DNA of 64,000 nt, taken from assembly GCA_041577295.1 (NCBI GenBank), contig JBFGJG010000004.1, positions 1 through 64,000 of the forward strand. The letters run 5' to 3'. Numbering within the stretch: position 1 is the stretch's first letter; each line of letters starts with the position of its first letter. Origin of the DNA: Gemmatimonadales bacterium. Its GTDB lineage: Bacteria; Gemmatimonadota; Gemmatimonadetes; Gemmatimonadales; GWC2-71-9. Positions 40,052-49,016 of this stretch are shown one piece after another. The notes under the pieces were generated by a model. That model was not told the origin of the DNA, did not search any database, and saw only the letters and a list, made by a program, of their open reading frames with translations. A program made the translations under genes and the position numbers.

Positions 40052-40167
40052 GTGCCTCTGCTCACCGCCGCTACTGTCTCCGTCGTTCGGGCCGCACCCC
40101 TCGTGGCCTAGGGTCTTTTTCGCTCACAACGTATTTGGCCTATGCGCCGCTTCGTGGGCGGTGTTTT
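40052..40167 (+). promoter_or_regulatory. Possible leader peptide plus terminator-like hairpin upstream of rsgA
   Basis: Short ORF 40052-40111 (MPLLTAATVSVVRAAPLVA; start uncertain), T-run after the stop, second hairpin gcgccgc/gcggtgt with T-run at 40144-40167. Confidence 0.35.
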
Positions 40168-40223
40168 CGGTGTCCACATTCGCGGCGAACCTTGGCCGTC
40201 ACGAACGAGACGGAGACACTTCA

Positions 40224-41285
40224 ATGCAGGCATACGGTTGGTCCTCCCACTGGGAGGCACAATTTCGGCAAGTGGCAACTTCCGGGCAGCCAGGTCGGGT
40301 CATGGCGGAACATCGTGACCGCTTTGTCGTCCGCACTGCCGTGGGTGAGCAGTGGGCGCGGGTGGCTGGTCGCCTGCGCCATGGTGCGCAATCGAGGGTC
40401 GACCTCCCTGCGGTAGGCGACTGGGTCGTTGTTCAGGGCGATCCTGATGGCACGGCTAGCATAGCGGCCCTCCTTCCACGCCGCTCGGTGTTCGTGCGGC
40501 GGGCCGCGGGTGACGAAGCGGTCGAGCAGGTGGTTGGGGCCAACATCGACGTAGTCTGGATCGTCACGGCGTTGGGTCGTGATGTGAATCCACGGCGGGT
40601 GGAGCGCTATTTGGCACTGGCGTGGGAGAGCGGAGCACGCCCCGTCGTGGTTTTGACCAAGGCGGACCTCTCACCGGATCCCTCGACAGATCTGCAGCGG
40701 CTGCATGAGGTGGCTGTCGGTATCCCGGTCCATCTTGCAAGCGCAATGCGCGGCGACGGATTGGACGAGCTAAAGCGCTATCTCACGCCGGAGGTGACCG
40801 TGGCGTTGCTCGGCTCGTCAGGGGTGGGGAAGTCGACGCTGGTGAACGCCCTGGCTGGCGAAGAGGTGTTGGCCACGGCGTCGGTGCGGACCGACGGGAA
40901 AGGTCGGCACACCACGACCTCCCGCCAGCTCGTGCCCCTGCCCGGTGGCGGCGTGTTGCTCGACACACCCGGCATGCGGGAGCTCGGCCTGTGGGAAGCG
41001 GGAGAAGGGGTGAGCCTGACCTTCGCGGATGTCGAAGCGCTTTCCGCGAACTGTCGTTTTCGCGACTGCCGACATAGGGGTGAGCCCGGGTGCGCCGTCA
41101 CCGCCGCTGTCGAGAACGGAACGCTCGACGCGTCCCGGCTCGATGCCTATCACAAGCTCCGCGCCGAATTGGCGTATCTAGCATCAAAAGTGGACCCAGC
41201 ACTTTCTCGCGAGCGCGAGCACCAGGCGCGCGTGGAGCATCGAAGGTACCGGAAGATCCTGAAGAGGAAGCGAATGGACGGATAG
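40224..41285 (+). CDS. rsgA: Ribosome small subunit-dependent GTPase A (RsgA family, long type)
   Basis: AVGDWV, LTKADL, GSSGVGKSTL, KGRHTTT, DTPGMRE, Zn motif CRFRDCRH..EPGC; start ATG 40224 after GGAG. Confidence 0.94.
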   Translation: MQAYGWSSHWEAQFRQVATSGQPGRVMAEHRDRFVVRTAVGEQWARVAGRLRHGAQSRVDLPAVGDWVVVQGDPDGTASIAALLPRRSVFVRRAAGDEAVEQVVGANIDVVWIVTALGRDVNPRRVERYLALAWESGARPVVVLTKADLSPDPSTDLQRLHEVAVGIPVHLASAMRGDGLDELKRYLTPEVTVALLGSSGVGKSTLVNALAGEEVLATASVRTDGKGRHTTTSRQLVPLPGGGVLLDTPGMRELGLWEAGEGVSLTFADVEALSANCRFRDCRHRGEPGCAVTAAVENGTLDASRLDAYHKLRAELAYLASKVDPALSREREHQARVEHRRYRKILKRKRMDG

Positions 41286-41338
41286 CAGCGGAGGCAGGAG
41301 GGGCAGAGGACCACCCTCCCGCCCATATATTCCCATCC

Positions 41339-41857
41339 ATGGTCTCTCCAACGCTTCCCGAGGTTTGGCTACGCGGTCCTGTGCCCGGCGTGCACCCGGT
41401 GCTCATGCCGGTGGCGCACGCGCTGCTTCAAGTGGCCGAGGACCTCGACGGCTCAGGCGTCCTCGAGCTGTCGCCGGCGCAGCTCTGGACGCGTCCCGGC
41501 GGAGCCGCATCGGTCGGTTACCACTTGCAGCATTTGGCCGGGAGTACCGACCGCTTGCTGACCTACGCGCGTGGGGAATCGCTCACGGATGAGCAGCGTG
41601 CCGCGCTGGCTGCGGAAAAGTCACCGCCCGAGCCTCCGCCGACCGCTCAGCAACTCGTCGAGCAAGTGCACCGCGTCGTGCAGCGCGCCGTGAACCAGCT
41701 GCGTGAAACTCCCGCCCAAGAGATCCATACCGCCTGTGCCGTCGGCCGCGCGGCGCTCCCCTCCACCGTGCTTGGCCTGCTCTTTCATTCGGCGGAACAC
41801 GCCACCCGCCACATGGGGCAGGTGATCACGACGGTGAAGGTGGTGCAGGCAGGATAA
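41339..41857 (+). CDS. DinB-family protein
   Basis: EVWLRGP, SVGYHLQHLAGS, HSAEHATRH..Q His ligands. Confidence 0.88.
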   Translation: MVSPTLPEVWLRGPVPGVHPVLMPVAHALLQVAEDLDGSGVLELSPAQLWTRPGGAASVGYHLQHLAGSTDRLLTYARGESLTDEQRAALAAEKSPPEPPPTAQQLVEQVHRVVQRAVNQLRETPAQEIHTACAVGRAALPSTVLGLLFHSAEHATRHMGQVITTVKVVQAG

Positions 41858-41990
41858 ATACCGTGCACATCTACTAATCGGTCGATCTTCACAATTGCCG
41901 CCCTTGAATTGACTCTGACGATTCGGCGCTTGACCGCGGATTGCGGGGCGACGAGTACCCTGCGAGGGTAAGCTGACTTAGAGGTGGAGC

Positions 41991-42338
41991 ATGGCCGAAG
42001 CACAGAATGGCTCGCGGTACACGCTGAAAAAAGACCCCGTCGACGAGTGGCGTTGGGATATTTTCGACTGGGGTGTCCGCGTGCGCCATGATATCCTGGC
42101 CCTCGAGTGGGCGGTGATTCAGCTGGCGGAGCAACATCCCGATGTTGACGTGGCCTTTCTAAAGGCCAATCCGAAGGGCGATGGCGATCTGGCAATCCGG
42201 GAACTTCAGGAGCGGATTCAAGAGCTCGAGGAAAAGATCGAATCCCGCAAGACGAGGCTCGAGGGAAAGTCCGAATCTCTCAAGAAGAGACCCATTGAGA
42301 GGGCCTTCTCATTCTTCAGGGAAGGAGCAAAGGTATGA
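41991..42338 (+). CDS. Hypothetical protein with coiled-coil C-terminus
   Basis: RBS GAGGTGGAG, fills an intergenic gap, heptad segment IRELQERIQELEEKIE. Confidence 0.7.
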   Translation: MAEAQNGSRYTLKKDPVDEWRWDIFDWGVRVRHDILALEWAVIQLAEQHPDVDVAFLKANPKGDGDLAIRELQERIQELEEKIESRKTRLEGKSESLKKRPIERAFSFFREGAKV

Positions 42339-42406
42339 AAGCCAACCCTCGACTCGACCCTGGCGATCCCCCGCGGCCACCCGGCGGCGGGAATCGCAAC
42401 GAGTAG
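42335..42406 (+). CDS. Possible 23-aa Pro/Gly-rich peptide MKANPRLDPGDPPRPPGGGNRNE
   Basis: ATGA overlap with the upstream stop and AGGAG shortly upstream; too short for the ORF track. Confidence 0.4.
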   Translation: MKANPRLDPGDPPRPPGGGNRNE

Positions 42407-42490
42407 TTAGCGCCCGCGGCACGCACTCAGTACCTCCAGGATGCGGCGCGCCCAACTGGCACCGCATTCTGGGGGACCCGCCAATTCTGC

Positions 42491-43507
42491 TCACGACCTA
42501 CCAGAACTCGCCAGTGACCGGCCAACCGGAGTCACCGGGGGGTGTGGGTACGTTCTTCGGGCTTGCGCCGGCCGCTCCGACAGCGTCAACGCCACCGCGC
42601 CGACCACGAGGATCGATGCTAGGACCACCCTGCTCGTCAGTGCCTCACCGCCCAATGCCCAGCCCAAAAAGACCGCGATGACCGGATTGACATACGCGTG
42701 TGTGGATATGGTGGTGAGGCTCACGCGCTGAAGCAGCCAGTAGTAGGCGGCGAACGCCACGATCGACCCGAAAACGATCAGGTATCCGAGTGCGAGGAGC
42801 GAACGCGCGGAGACGTTTCCCAAGTCGACCTGCCTCACTTCACCAGCGAAGACCCCAGCGAGAAAGAGGGAAGCACCCCCAGCCAACAGATACATCCCCG
42901 ATGCGACGAGGTGCGACCGAGGTCGTGACGTGGCCCGGGAGAGCGCGGATCCGACGGCCCATGACATGGCACATCCCACGAGCACCAGCCCGCCAAGTCG
43001 GTCAATTGGCTCAGAGCCGAGCGTGTTCGTAGGTCCAATGAGTACCATCACACCCAGCAGTCCACCCAGGATCCCCACGGCGGTCCGCCAACCACCAAAC
43101 CCATCCTCCACAACGCCCCGCAACATTAGCATCCACAGGGGGGACGTTGCCACCAACAAGGCTGCCACGCCGGAGGCCACTCGCAACTCGGCCCATGCGA
43201 CCAGTCCCTGGCCTCCCAAGAACATGAAAGCCCCCACGACGATTGCGACGCACCACTGCTTAGGCGTCGCGAGCTCACCGCTGCGCTTCCATCCCCACGA
43301 GTAAAGGACGGCGCCTGCTGCAATGCACCGGAAACCCGTCATGAACAGCGGCGGTATGGTCTCAATGGCAAAGCGGATGGCGAGATACGTCGATCCCCAG
43401 ACCAGGTAGATCACGGCAAAAGCGGCGACGGCAGTGTACAGCAGGGTTCGACTCGACGCGTTCCCTTCGTACGCCCCGAACGTGCGGTGACTATTTGAGA
43501 TACGCAT
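42491..43507 (-). CDS. EamA/DMT transporter (YedA-like)
   Basis: IYLVWGSTYLAIR, PPLFMTGFR, YLIVFGSIVAF, HAYVNPVIAV; ~10 TM. Confidence 0.93.
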   Translation of the reverse strand: MRISNSHRTFGAYEGNASSRTLLYTAVAAFAVIYLVWGSTYLAIRFAIETIPPLFMTGFRCIAAGAVLYSWGWKRSGELATPKQWCVAIVVGAFMFLGGQGLVAWAELRVASGVAALLVATSPLWMLMLRGVVEDGFGGWRTAVGILGGLLGVMVLIGPTNTLGSEPIDRLGGLVLVGCAMSWAVGSALSRATSRPRSHLVASGMYLLAGGASLFLAGVFAGEVRQVDLGNVSARSLLALGYLIVFGSIVAFAAYYWLLQRVSLTTISTHAYVNPVIAVFLGWALGGEALTSRVVLASILVVGAVALTLSERPAQARRTYPHPPVTPVGRSLASSGRS

Positions 43508-43526
43508 GGCGGCAGATCTTCCGTGA

Positions 43527-43554
43527 TAACTACTATATTGACATATAACAGTTA
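43527..43554. promoter_or_regulatory. TAAC-N20-GTTA box 1
   Basis: taac-tactatattgacatataaca-gtta, upstream of the EamA gene. Confidence 0.7.
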
Positions 43555-43579
43555 CTTATTAAGCTTATGTACCACTAGC

Positions 43580-43607
43580 TAACCTTTCAATAGATATATG
43601 ACAGTTA
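43580..43607. promoter_or_regulatory. TAAC-N20-GTTA box 2
   Basis: taac-ctttcaatagatatatgaca-gtta, 53 bp after box 1. Confidence 0.7.
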
Positions 43608-43800
43608 TTCAACCAGGCAAGGCACCGAACCACGGGAAACTCCTCGAGGCTTCTCGAACGAAAGTCATGTTGAGGGTGGAGCTATCACGAGCATCGGATG
43701 TGGTGGCTCCGGGGGTAGGTAGGGAAGGGGGCCCGTGGCATCCCGAGACAGAAAGGTCCTATCCGCTTCCTCGGACGTGGATTGGTGTAAAGGGCCTGGT

Positions 43801-44106
43801 TTAGGGAGCCACAAGTACCTCGTAGTGGTGCACGTATGGTTCGAACTCGAGCAGATACTTCTCGTCTCGTGGGTAGTATACGGCGACGTCCGGATCCTCC
43901 CCCGCGAATCGCTTTACGGCGTCCATCGACTCCCAGAACGAGATCACGTAGAAGTCGGCCTCGCTTCCCGAAACCCTGCGGAGTATCATCGATCCCATAT
44001 TCCCGGGCACTTTGCGCTGCGCAGTTACACCCGTTTCCTCGACGTACTCCCCGTAGACCTTGGCGTGCTCAGCGCGGGTTCGACCATGCCACATGCGTGC
44101 GATCAT
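43801..44106 (-). CDS. Antibiotic-biosynthesis-monooxygenase (ABM)-like dimeric alpha/beta barrel protein
   Basis: MIARMWHG, PGNMG, SFWESMDAVKRFAG, HYEV; RBS AGGAG gives start 44106. Confidence 0.85.
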   Translation of the reverse strand: MIARMWHGRTRAEHAKVYGEYVEETGVTAQRKVPGNMGSMILRRVSGSEADFYVISFWESMDAVKRFAGEDPDVAVYYPRDEKYLLEFEPYVHHYEVLVAP

Positions 44107-44147
44107 CGGTCCACTCCTGTACTCGGCGGCCATCTCGAGAAGCTGAG

Positions 44148-44175
44148 TAACCGCTGTCTATGAATATGACAGTTA
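44148..44175. promoter_or_regulatory. TAAC-N20-GTTA box 3
   Basis: taac-cgctgtctatgaatatgaca-gtta, between the divergent ABM and CGNR genes. Confidence 0.7.
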
Positions 44176-44290
44176 CGCTAAGGTATTCTGGAGGCCGTGT
44201 CAAGCGGAATCACGTACCTTGAGATGAGCATGGCACCGGCGCCAGATTGCGCGTGCTTGCGAAGATGGATAACCCGATGGACACCTGTGG

Positions 44291-44893
44291 ATGATGACTG
44301 ACTGGCTCTGCCTCGAGTTTACGAAGACAGTGGGTTGGGAGTCACGGGATAGGCCGGACGATCGACTGCAGGCCTATGAGAATCTCGTGTCCTGGGGCCT
44401 GGAGCACAGGTGTATCGATGAGCTGGGCGCGCGCGAGTTGCTCAACGAGGCTGCGGCACGTCCCGAAGACGCCACCCGGGTGGTGAACCGCGCTATCGCG
44501 TTACGCGCTCTCGTCTACCGGATTTTTCGCACGATTGGCGATGGGGAGGTGCCACGCGCCGCAGAGCTCGAAGCCCTGAACGGTCATGTGCGTGACGCGC
44601 TCGCGCGACGGCGGATCGAGCAGCACGATGGAAGTTACGTATGGGGTTGGCGTTGGGAAGGAGACCGATTGGATCTCATTCTGAACATGGTGGTGGTATC
44701 TGCGGCGGATCTGTTGACGTCCGCGGAGGCCGGCCGCGTCAGGCATTGCGAGGGTGATGGGTGCGGGTGGCTCTTCATCGACGGAAGTCGTAACCAGAGC
44801 CGCCGGTGGTGTGATATGTCGGATTGCGGCAATCGGGCCAAGGCCGAGCGCTTTCGCAGACGAAGGAAACGGGTTCAGAAACGTCGTCGCTGA
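44291..44893 (+). CDS. ABATE / CGNR zinc-finger domain protein (DUF1470)
   Basis: LCLEFTKT at the N-terminus; C-terminal CEGDGCGWLFIDGSRNQSRRWCDMSDCGNRAK followed by a basic tail. Confidence 0.93.
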   Translation: MMTDWLCLEFTKTVGWESRDRPDDRLQAYENLVSWGLEHRCIDELGARELLNEAAARPEDATRVVNRAIALRALVYRIFRTIGDGEVPRAAELEALNGHVRDALARRRIEQHDGSYVWGWRWEGDRLDLILNMVVVSAADLLTSAEAGRVRHCEGDGCGWLFIDGSRNQSRRWCDMSDCGNRAKAERFRRRRKRVQKRRR

Positions 44894-44900
44894 TCGACGA

Positions 44901-45788
44901 TCACGCGGGAGGTTCGGAGCGGAGCGGGCTAATCGCGACTTGCGTCAGGTAACCGTAGTGATCCGACAGCGGTGGCTGCTCCCTCGCGAACACGACATGC
45001 GATTCGCCGAACCGCACCGCGCGCTCCGCGGCATCCCGAACGAACACGGCGTCGAACTCCTGTGCACCCTGGCTCCTATCCGACCACCACGCCGCATATC
45101 GGTTGCCGTCGACGTCATAGGTCACTCGCGGATTGGGATCTCCATCGGTGGTTTTTCGTAGCCCCGCGTCGCGTAACAGACGGTACTCGGGTTGTGACCC
45201 GGATTCCAACCGCCGGCCGTTGTCATGCCAGGCGTTGAAGTCCCCAGCGATGAGGATCGGTACATCGCGTGGAACGGCATCGAGCTGTTTCACCAGGTGG
45301 CGCAGTTGCATGCGGCGAACGGCGCGTGAACGTTCAGAGCCACCGGCATAGCAGTGCACGTTCCAGAGCCGAACGGCGCCTGCTGATGTCTCGATCGTCG
45401 TGCGTAGAACACCCTTCGCGCCGATGCGTTCGAACGGTTTGCACCGCCGGGGCAACGCGTGTCGTGCGAAGGACGAACGGGTAATGGGAAACTTCGAGAA
45501 AACCAGGAGTCCACCCGTGCGGTCGAGAGACACCAAGCCTAGTGCTCGGCGGGTCTCCAACGCTCCGTCACTCATCTCATATCGGTCGGTCAGACCCTCC
45601 ACGATCGTTCGACGGGCGGTGGGATCGAACGCTTCCTGAACGGCGACGATGTCTGCATCGACCTCACGGAGAGCAGCGACGATGCGTGGTAGTCGCTTCG
45701 AGCGGTCGGTGCCCGGCAGCGGGGCCGGCAACATCCACACATTGAAAGTCAGAACCCTGAGAGAGAAACCGCCCGCGCGGCCCGTCAC
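44901..45788 (-). CDS. Endonuclease/exonuclease/phosphatase family (sphingomyelinase-like)
   Basis: LTFNV, VQEAF, GLLVFSKFPI, KGVL, AGDFN, SDHYG. Confidence 0.88.
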   Translation of the reverse strand: MTGRAGGFSLRVLTFNVWMLPAPLPGTDRSKRLPRIVAALREVDADIVAVQEAFDPTARRTIVEGLTDRYEMSDGALETRRALGLVSLDRTGGLLVFSKFPITRSSFARHALPRRCKPFERIGAKGVLRTTIETSAGAVRLWNVHCYAGGSERSRAVRRMQLRHLVKQLDAVPRDVPILIAGDFNAWHDNGRRLESGSQPEYRLLRDAGLRKTTDGDPNPRVTYDVDGNRYAAWWSDRSQGAQEFDAVFVRDAAERAVRFGESHVVFAREQPPLSDHYGYLTQVAISPLRSEPPA

Positions 45789-45831
45789 CTCGCCAGCCTG
45801 CCAATACCGCCGCTCCCCCTAATCCCGCTAA

Positions 45832-46617
45832 TCAGAATCTGATCGACATACACGTCAGCCCTCCATCCATCTTACGCGCCTCACTGACATCGAGCTCGAC
45901 GATGGTGAGATCCAGTGCTTCGAGTTTGTCGTGGACTCTGGGGAATCCGCGCGGCATGAGAATTCGATTGTTCACCCAGAGCACGTTGGCAGCGTACTCG
46001 TCGCCGGGATCTACGACGATGCGCTGAAAGCGGCTCAATGAGCGACGCTCGGCGTACGCCTGCGTGACCAAAAGCGTCGAGCTACCCACCCAATTCACGC
46101 TTGACTTGAGGTGAAGTCCGGTGTCCACGTTTACTGGAGTGAACTGGTACCCGTACCGCTCTACAATCTCACCCAGCTGCTCCGCACCGAGTCCGTTGGT
46201 GCGCTGCGAGATTCCGATGAGGACTCGGCGACCAACGACCAACACATCGCCCCCGTCGAGCGTTCCCGGTTCGACGATGCGCTCGATGGTCCGGTGCCTC
46301 GCCACCTGCGGGACGATTGCGTGAGCCTCACCGAGTCTGGTTGGCGCCCCGGGTCTCGCAATGACAGCCACTTCGGGAAGGATGAGCGCTACGTCCTCCA
46401 CGAAGTAGCCGTCAGGAAACCCTGCGAGCGGTTCCAACGTGATAACGTCGATGCCCGCGTCTTCTAAGGCTTCGACGTAACGATCGTGCTGCTGGCGTGC
46501 CAGTTCGTAGTTGGGCACGCCCAATCCGGCGGTGGAAATCCCTTCGCGGAGATTCCGCCCCGGCTTGCGTACGATCGCATTGGCGAACGTATAGGTTTCC
46601 TTTCTTGGGCTGGCCAC
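45832..46617 (-). CDS. Dimethylarginine dimethylaminohydrolase (amidinotransferase superfamily)
   Basis: FVEDVA, LDGGDVL, RTN, LHLKS, C-terminal DGGLTCMS with the catalytic Cys; ~260 aa. Confidence 0.9.
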   Translation of the reverse strand: MASPRKETYTFANAIVRKPGRNLREGISTAGLGVPNYELARQQHDRYVEALEDAGIDVITLEPLAGFPDGYFVEDVALILPEVAVIARPGAPTRLGEAHAIVPQVARHRTIERIVEPGTLDGGDVLVVGRRVLIGISQRTNGLGAEQLGEIVERYGYQFTPVNVDTGLHLKSSVNWVGSSTLLVTQAYAERRSLSRFQRIVVDPGDEYAANVLWVNNRILMPRGFPRVHDKLEALDLTIVELDVSEARKMDGGLTCMSIRF

Positions 46618-46654
46618 GAATGTTTGCCCCTCCCGACCCTCCCGCTAATCTCTC

Positions 46655-48001
46655 CTATCCCACCCTCTTTCGCTTCAACCACACATACACAGGCAAACCC
46701 GCCAGCAACAGTACAAAACCCAGGTACACCGTCTCAGCCCCTGCTCCGATGACCGCCCACATTGCGTAGACGAAGGCGCCAATGGCGACTGCCGCCCTCC
46801 CATACCGGACTCGTCCGCCTGTCTGTCCGCCTGGGCCTCGGTCGTTTGGTCCTTCCACCCTTCCATCCAATTCAAACTTCAATTCGGCCATTGTAGCAAA
46901 CACAAACGGTACAACCGCGGTCAACGTGGCCAGGAGGATCGTCTTTGTGAACAGCTCAACGAGCCCTCCTGTATAGTTGAATAGAAGGAGTACGGTAACG
47001 AACACGCTCGAAACCACAATGGCCGTTGCCGGCGTTCCATCTGAGCGCGTCTTTCCAAGGTGTGAGGGGAAAAGGCCATCCCGAGCCATGGCCATCGGGA
47101 TCTGACCTTGCACCAGGATCCAGCCGTTGAGCGCGCCGAAGCACGAGACAATGGCGCCGATCCCCATTAGATACCCGGCCCAATTACCCCAAATGAGGCG
47201 TCCCGCGTCGGCAAATGGAGCCGTGCTCGTTGCCAACGCGGAGTTTGGCACGATGCCGAGGACCGCCACGGTGCTCAATATGTACACCACCGCGGTCGCG
47301 CCCGTGCCCACCAGCGTAGCGCGTGGGATTGTTCGATCGGGATCCACTACGTTGTCCGCGGGGATTGTGGCGCATTCGAGTCCGAGAAACGCCCACAGGG
47401 TGAGAGCGACTGTAGCGTTGACCGCTGCTAGCGACGACTGACCTTCACCCACGGAGAAGCTCAGCTCGCTCGGCTGGATGTACAGGAGCCCGATCGTTCC
47501 GATGGCGATCAGCGGGATCACCTTCATGACGACCGTTACCAACTGGGTCACGCCGGCGTTGCGTACCCCGCTGGCGTTGAGCACTGTCAGCAGCCATATG
47601 GCTCCCAGTGCCACCACCGCAGGCGTCCACGATCCATTCCCCAGGGAAGGCCAAAACACCGTGAGGTAGCTCACGAACGCCACCGCTATGGCGGCGTTCG
47701 TCGCGAGCATCGAGATCCAATAACCCCAGGCGATGAAGTATCCAGCGAAATCACCAAACCCCGCCCGTGCGTAGGCGTACGGGCCTCCGGCACGCGGGAT
47801 TCGTTTGGCCAGTCGCGCGAACACCAGTGCGAGCAGGATGGCGCCGCTCGCCGTTATCAGCCATCCAACGATGCCGATACCGCCATACGGCGCCATCGAT
47901 GCCGGTAGCAGGAAGATCCCGGAGCCAATCATGTTCCCGACCACCAACGACGTGGCCATCCACATACCGAGCTGTGCCTTGGGGCGGGATGGAGCGGGCA
48001 T
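46655..48001 (-). CDS. APC-family basic amino acid/polyamine permease
   Basis: GNMIGSGIFLLP, GGPYAY, LWAFLGLE, LNGWI; 12 TM. Confidence 0.92.
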   Translation of the reverse strand: MPAPSRPKAQLGMWMATSLVVGNMIGSGIFLLPASMAPYGGIGIVGWLITASGAILLALVFARLAKRIPRAGGPYAYARAGFGDFAGYFIAWGYWISMLATNAAIAVAFVSYLTVFWPSLGNGSWTPAVVALGAIWLLTVLNASGVRNAGVTQLVTVVMKVIPLIAIGTIGLLYIQPSELSFSVGEGQSSLAAVNATVALTLWAFLGLECATIPADNVVDPDRTIPRATLVGTGATAVVYILSTVAVLGIVPNSALATSTAPFADAGRLIWGNWAGYLMGIGAIVSCFGALNGWILVQGQIPMAMARDGLFPSHLGKTRSDGTPATAIVVSSVFVTVLLLFNYTGGLVELFTKTILLATLTAVVPFVFATMAELKFELDGRVEGPNDRGPGGQTGGRVRYGRAAVAIGAFVYAMWAVIGAGAETVYLGFVLLLAGLPVYVWLKRKRVG

Positions 48002-48231
48002 GCAGCCAATCGCGTTGAGGTGGGAGATGAATCTATGGCAGGGAAAGCCGGTGCCTAGGGAGCGGGGAGGGAGGAAGAGGCAGAAGAGGAAATGGGGGTT
48101 TCCGATCTTCCCGCCGTTCGCGCCAATCCTGCCGTTCCCCTAGAACCCTCCACCTTCCGCGGTGTACCCCTCATATTTAGAGGCTGCTGTTTCATTCTCA
48201 GGTTATTGACGACCCTCCCGTGAGGCTGCCT

Positions 48232-49014
48232 ATGCAGTCCAAACTCGTTCTGACGATCGTGATCGGCGGCATCGTGGTCGCTGGTGACGCCATTGCCCAG
48301 CGCGAAGCCCCACCGCTCGAGGCGGATCCGGCAACCGTCACAGGTTTGATTCGTGCCCGGCCAACCGGGGACGCGATCCCCGGCGCGGAGCTCTTTGTGG
48401 ATGGATCGGCCATGGGCCGGACCGATGAGAAAGGGCGGTTCACGATCTACCTCGGCCCGGGACAGCGGATTCTCGAGGTCCGGCGTATTGGGTTCGCGCC
48501 CGCCGTGGCGAAGCTCATCCTCGAGGGCGGTGCAAAGCTCGAACTGGTGATCGAGCTTCCCGATCGGGCTGTGCAGATGGACACCATAGTCATCGAGGGC
48601 CGCCGCTCACGCTTTGGTGGCAAACTCGCCGGGTTCTATGACCGGCAGCAAAATTGGGGTTTTGGCCAGTTCTTCGGCCCACAGGACCTCGAGACTATTA
48701 CCGTCTCCCGCTTGTCGGACCTGTTTCACCGGGCGAAGAGCGTTGATGTGGAGTGCCTCGATGCCGCCTGTACCGCGCGTGCGCTGCGCGGGACGAATCG
48801 GAGCGGCGTTTCTTGGCGCGGGGGCCCGTGCTTTATGGAATACTATGTAGACGGCATGCCGTGGAATCCTGGGCTGGCGGGGTTGGATGTCCTGAATCCG
48901 GAAGCGGTCGCCGCGGTGGAGGTGTACCCCGCTCCTCACACCGTTCCCGTGCAGTTTGGCGGAAGACGCGCGCAGTGTGGTGTCGTGGTGTTCTGGACCA
49001 AGGCAGGTTTGTAG
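48232..49014 (+). CDS. Secreted carboxypeptidase-regulatory-like domain plus TonB plug-like domain protein
   Basis: Signal peptide, TDEKGRF, VRRIGF, GFYDR, CFMEYYVDG, AVEVY, CGVVVFWTK; no barrel domain. Confidence 0.78.
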   Translation: MQSKLVLTIVIGGIVVAGDAIAQREAPPLEADPATVTGLIRARPTGDAIPGAELFVDGSAMGRTDEKGRFTIYLGPGQRILEVRRIGFAPAVAKLILEGGAKLELVIELPDRAVQMDTIVIEGRRSRFGGKLAGFYDRQQNWGFGQFFGPQDLETITVSRLSDLFHRAKSVDVECLDAACTARALRGTNRSGVSWRGGPCFMEYYVDGMPWNPGLAGLDVLNPEAVAAVEVYPAPHTVPVQFGGRRAQCGVVVFWTKAGL

Positions 49015-49016
49015 CG

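Noticed and set aside
43598..43804. 68-aa plus-strand ORF and a G-rich tract near 43711-43731
   Set aside because: The ATG lies inside box 2 with no RBS and there are no motifs; the G-tract has one run of only two G, weak support for a G-quadruplex.
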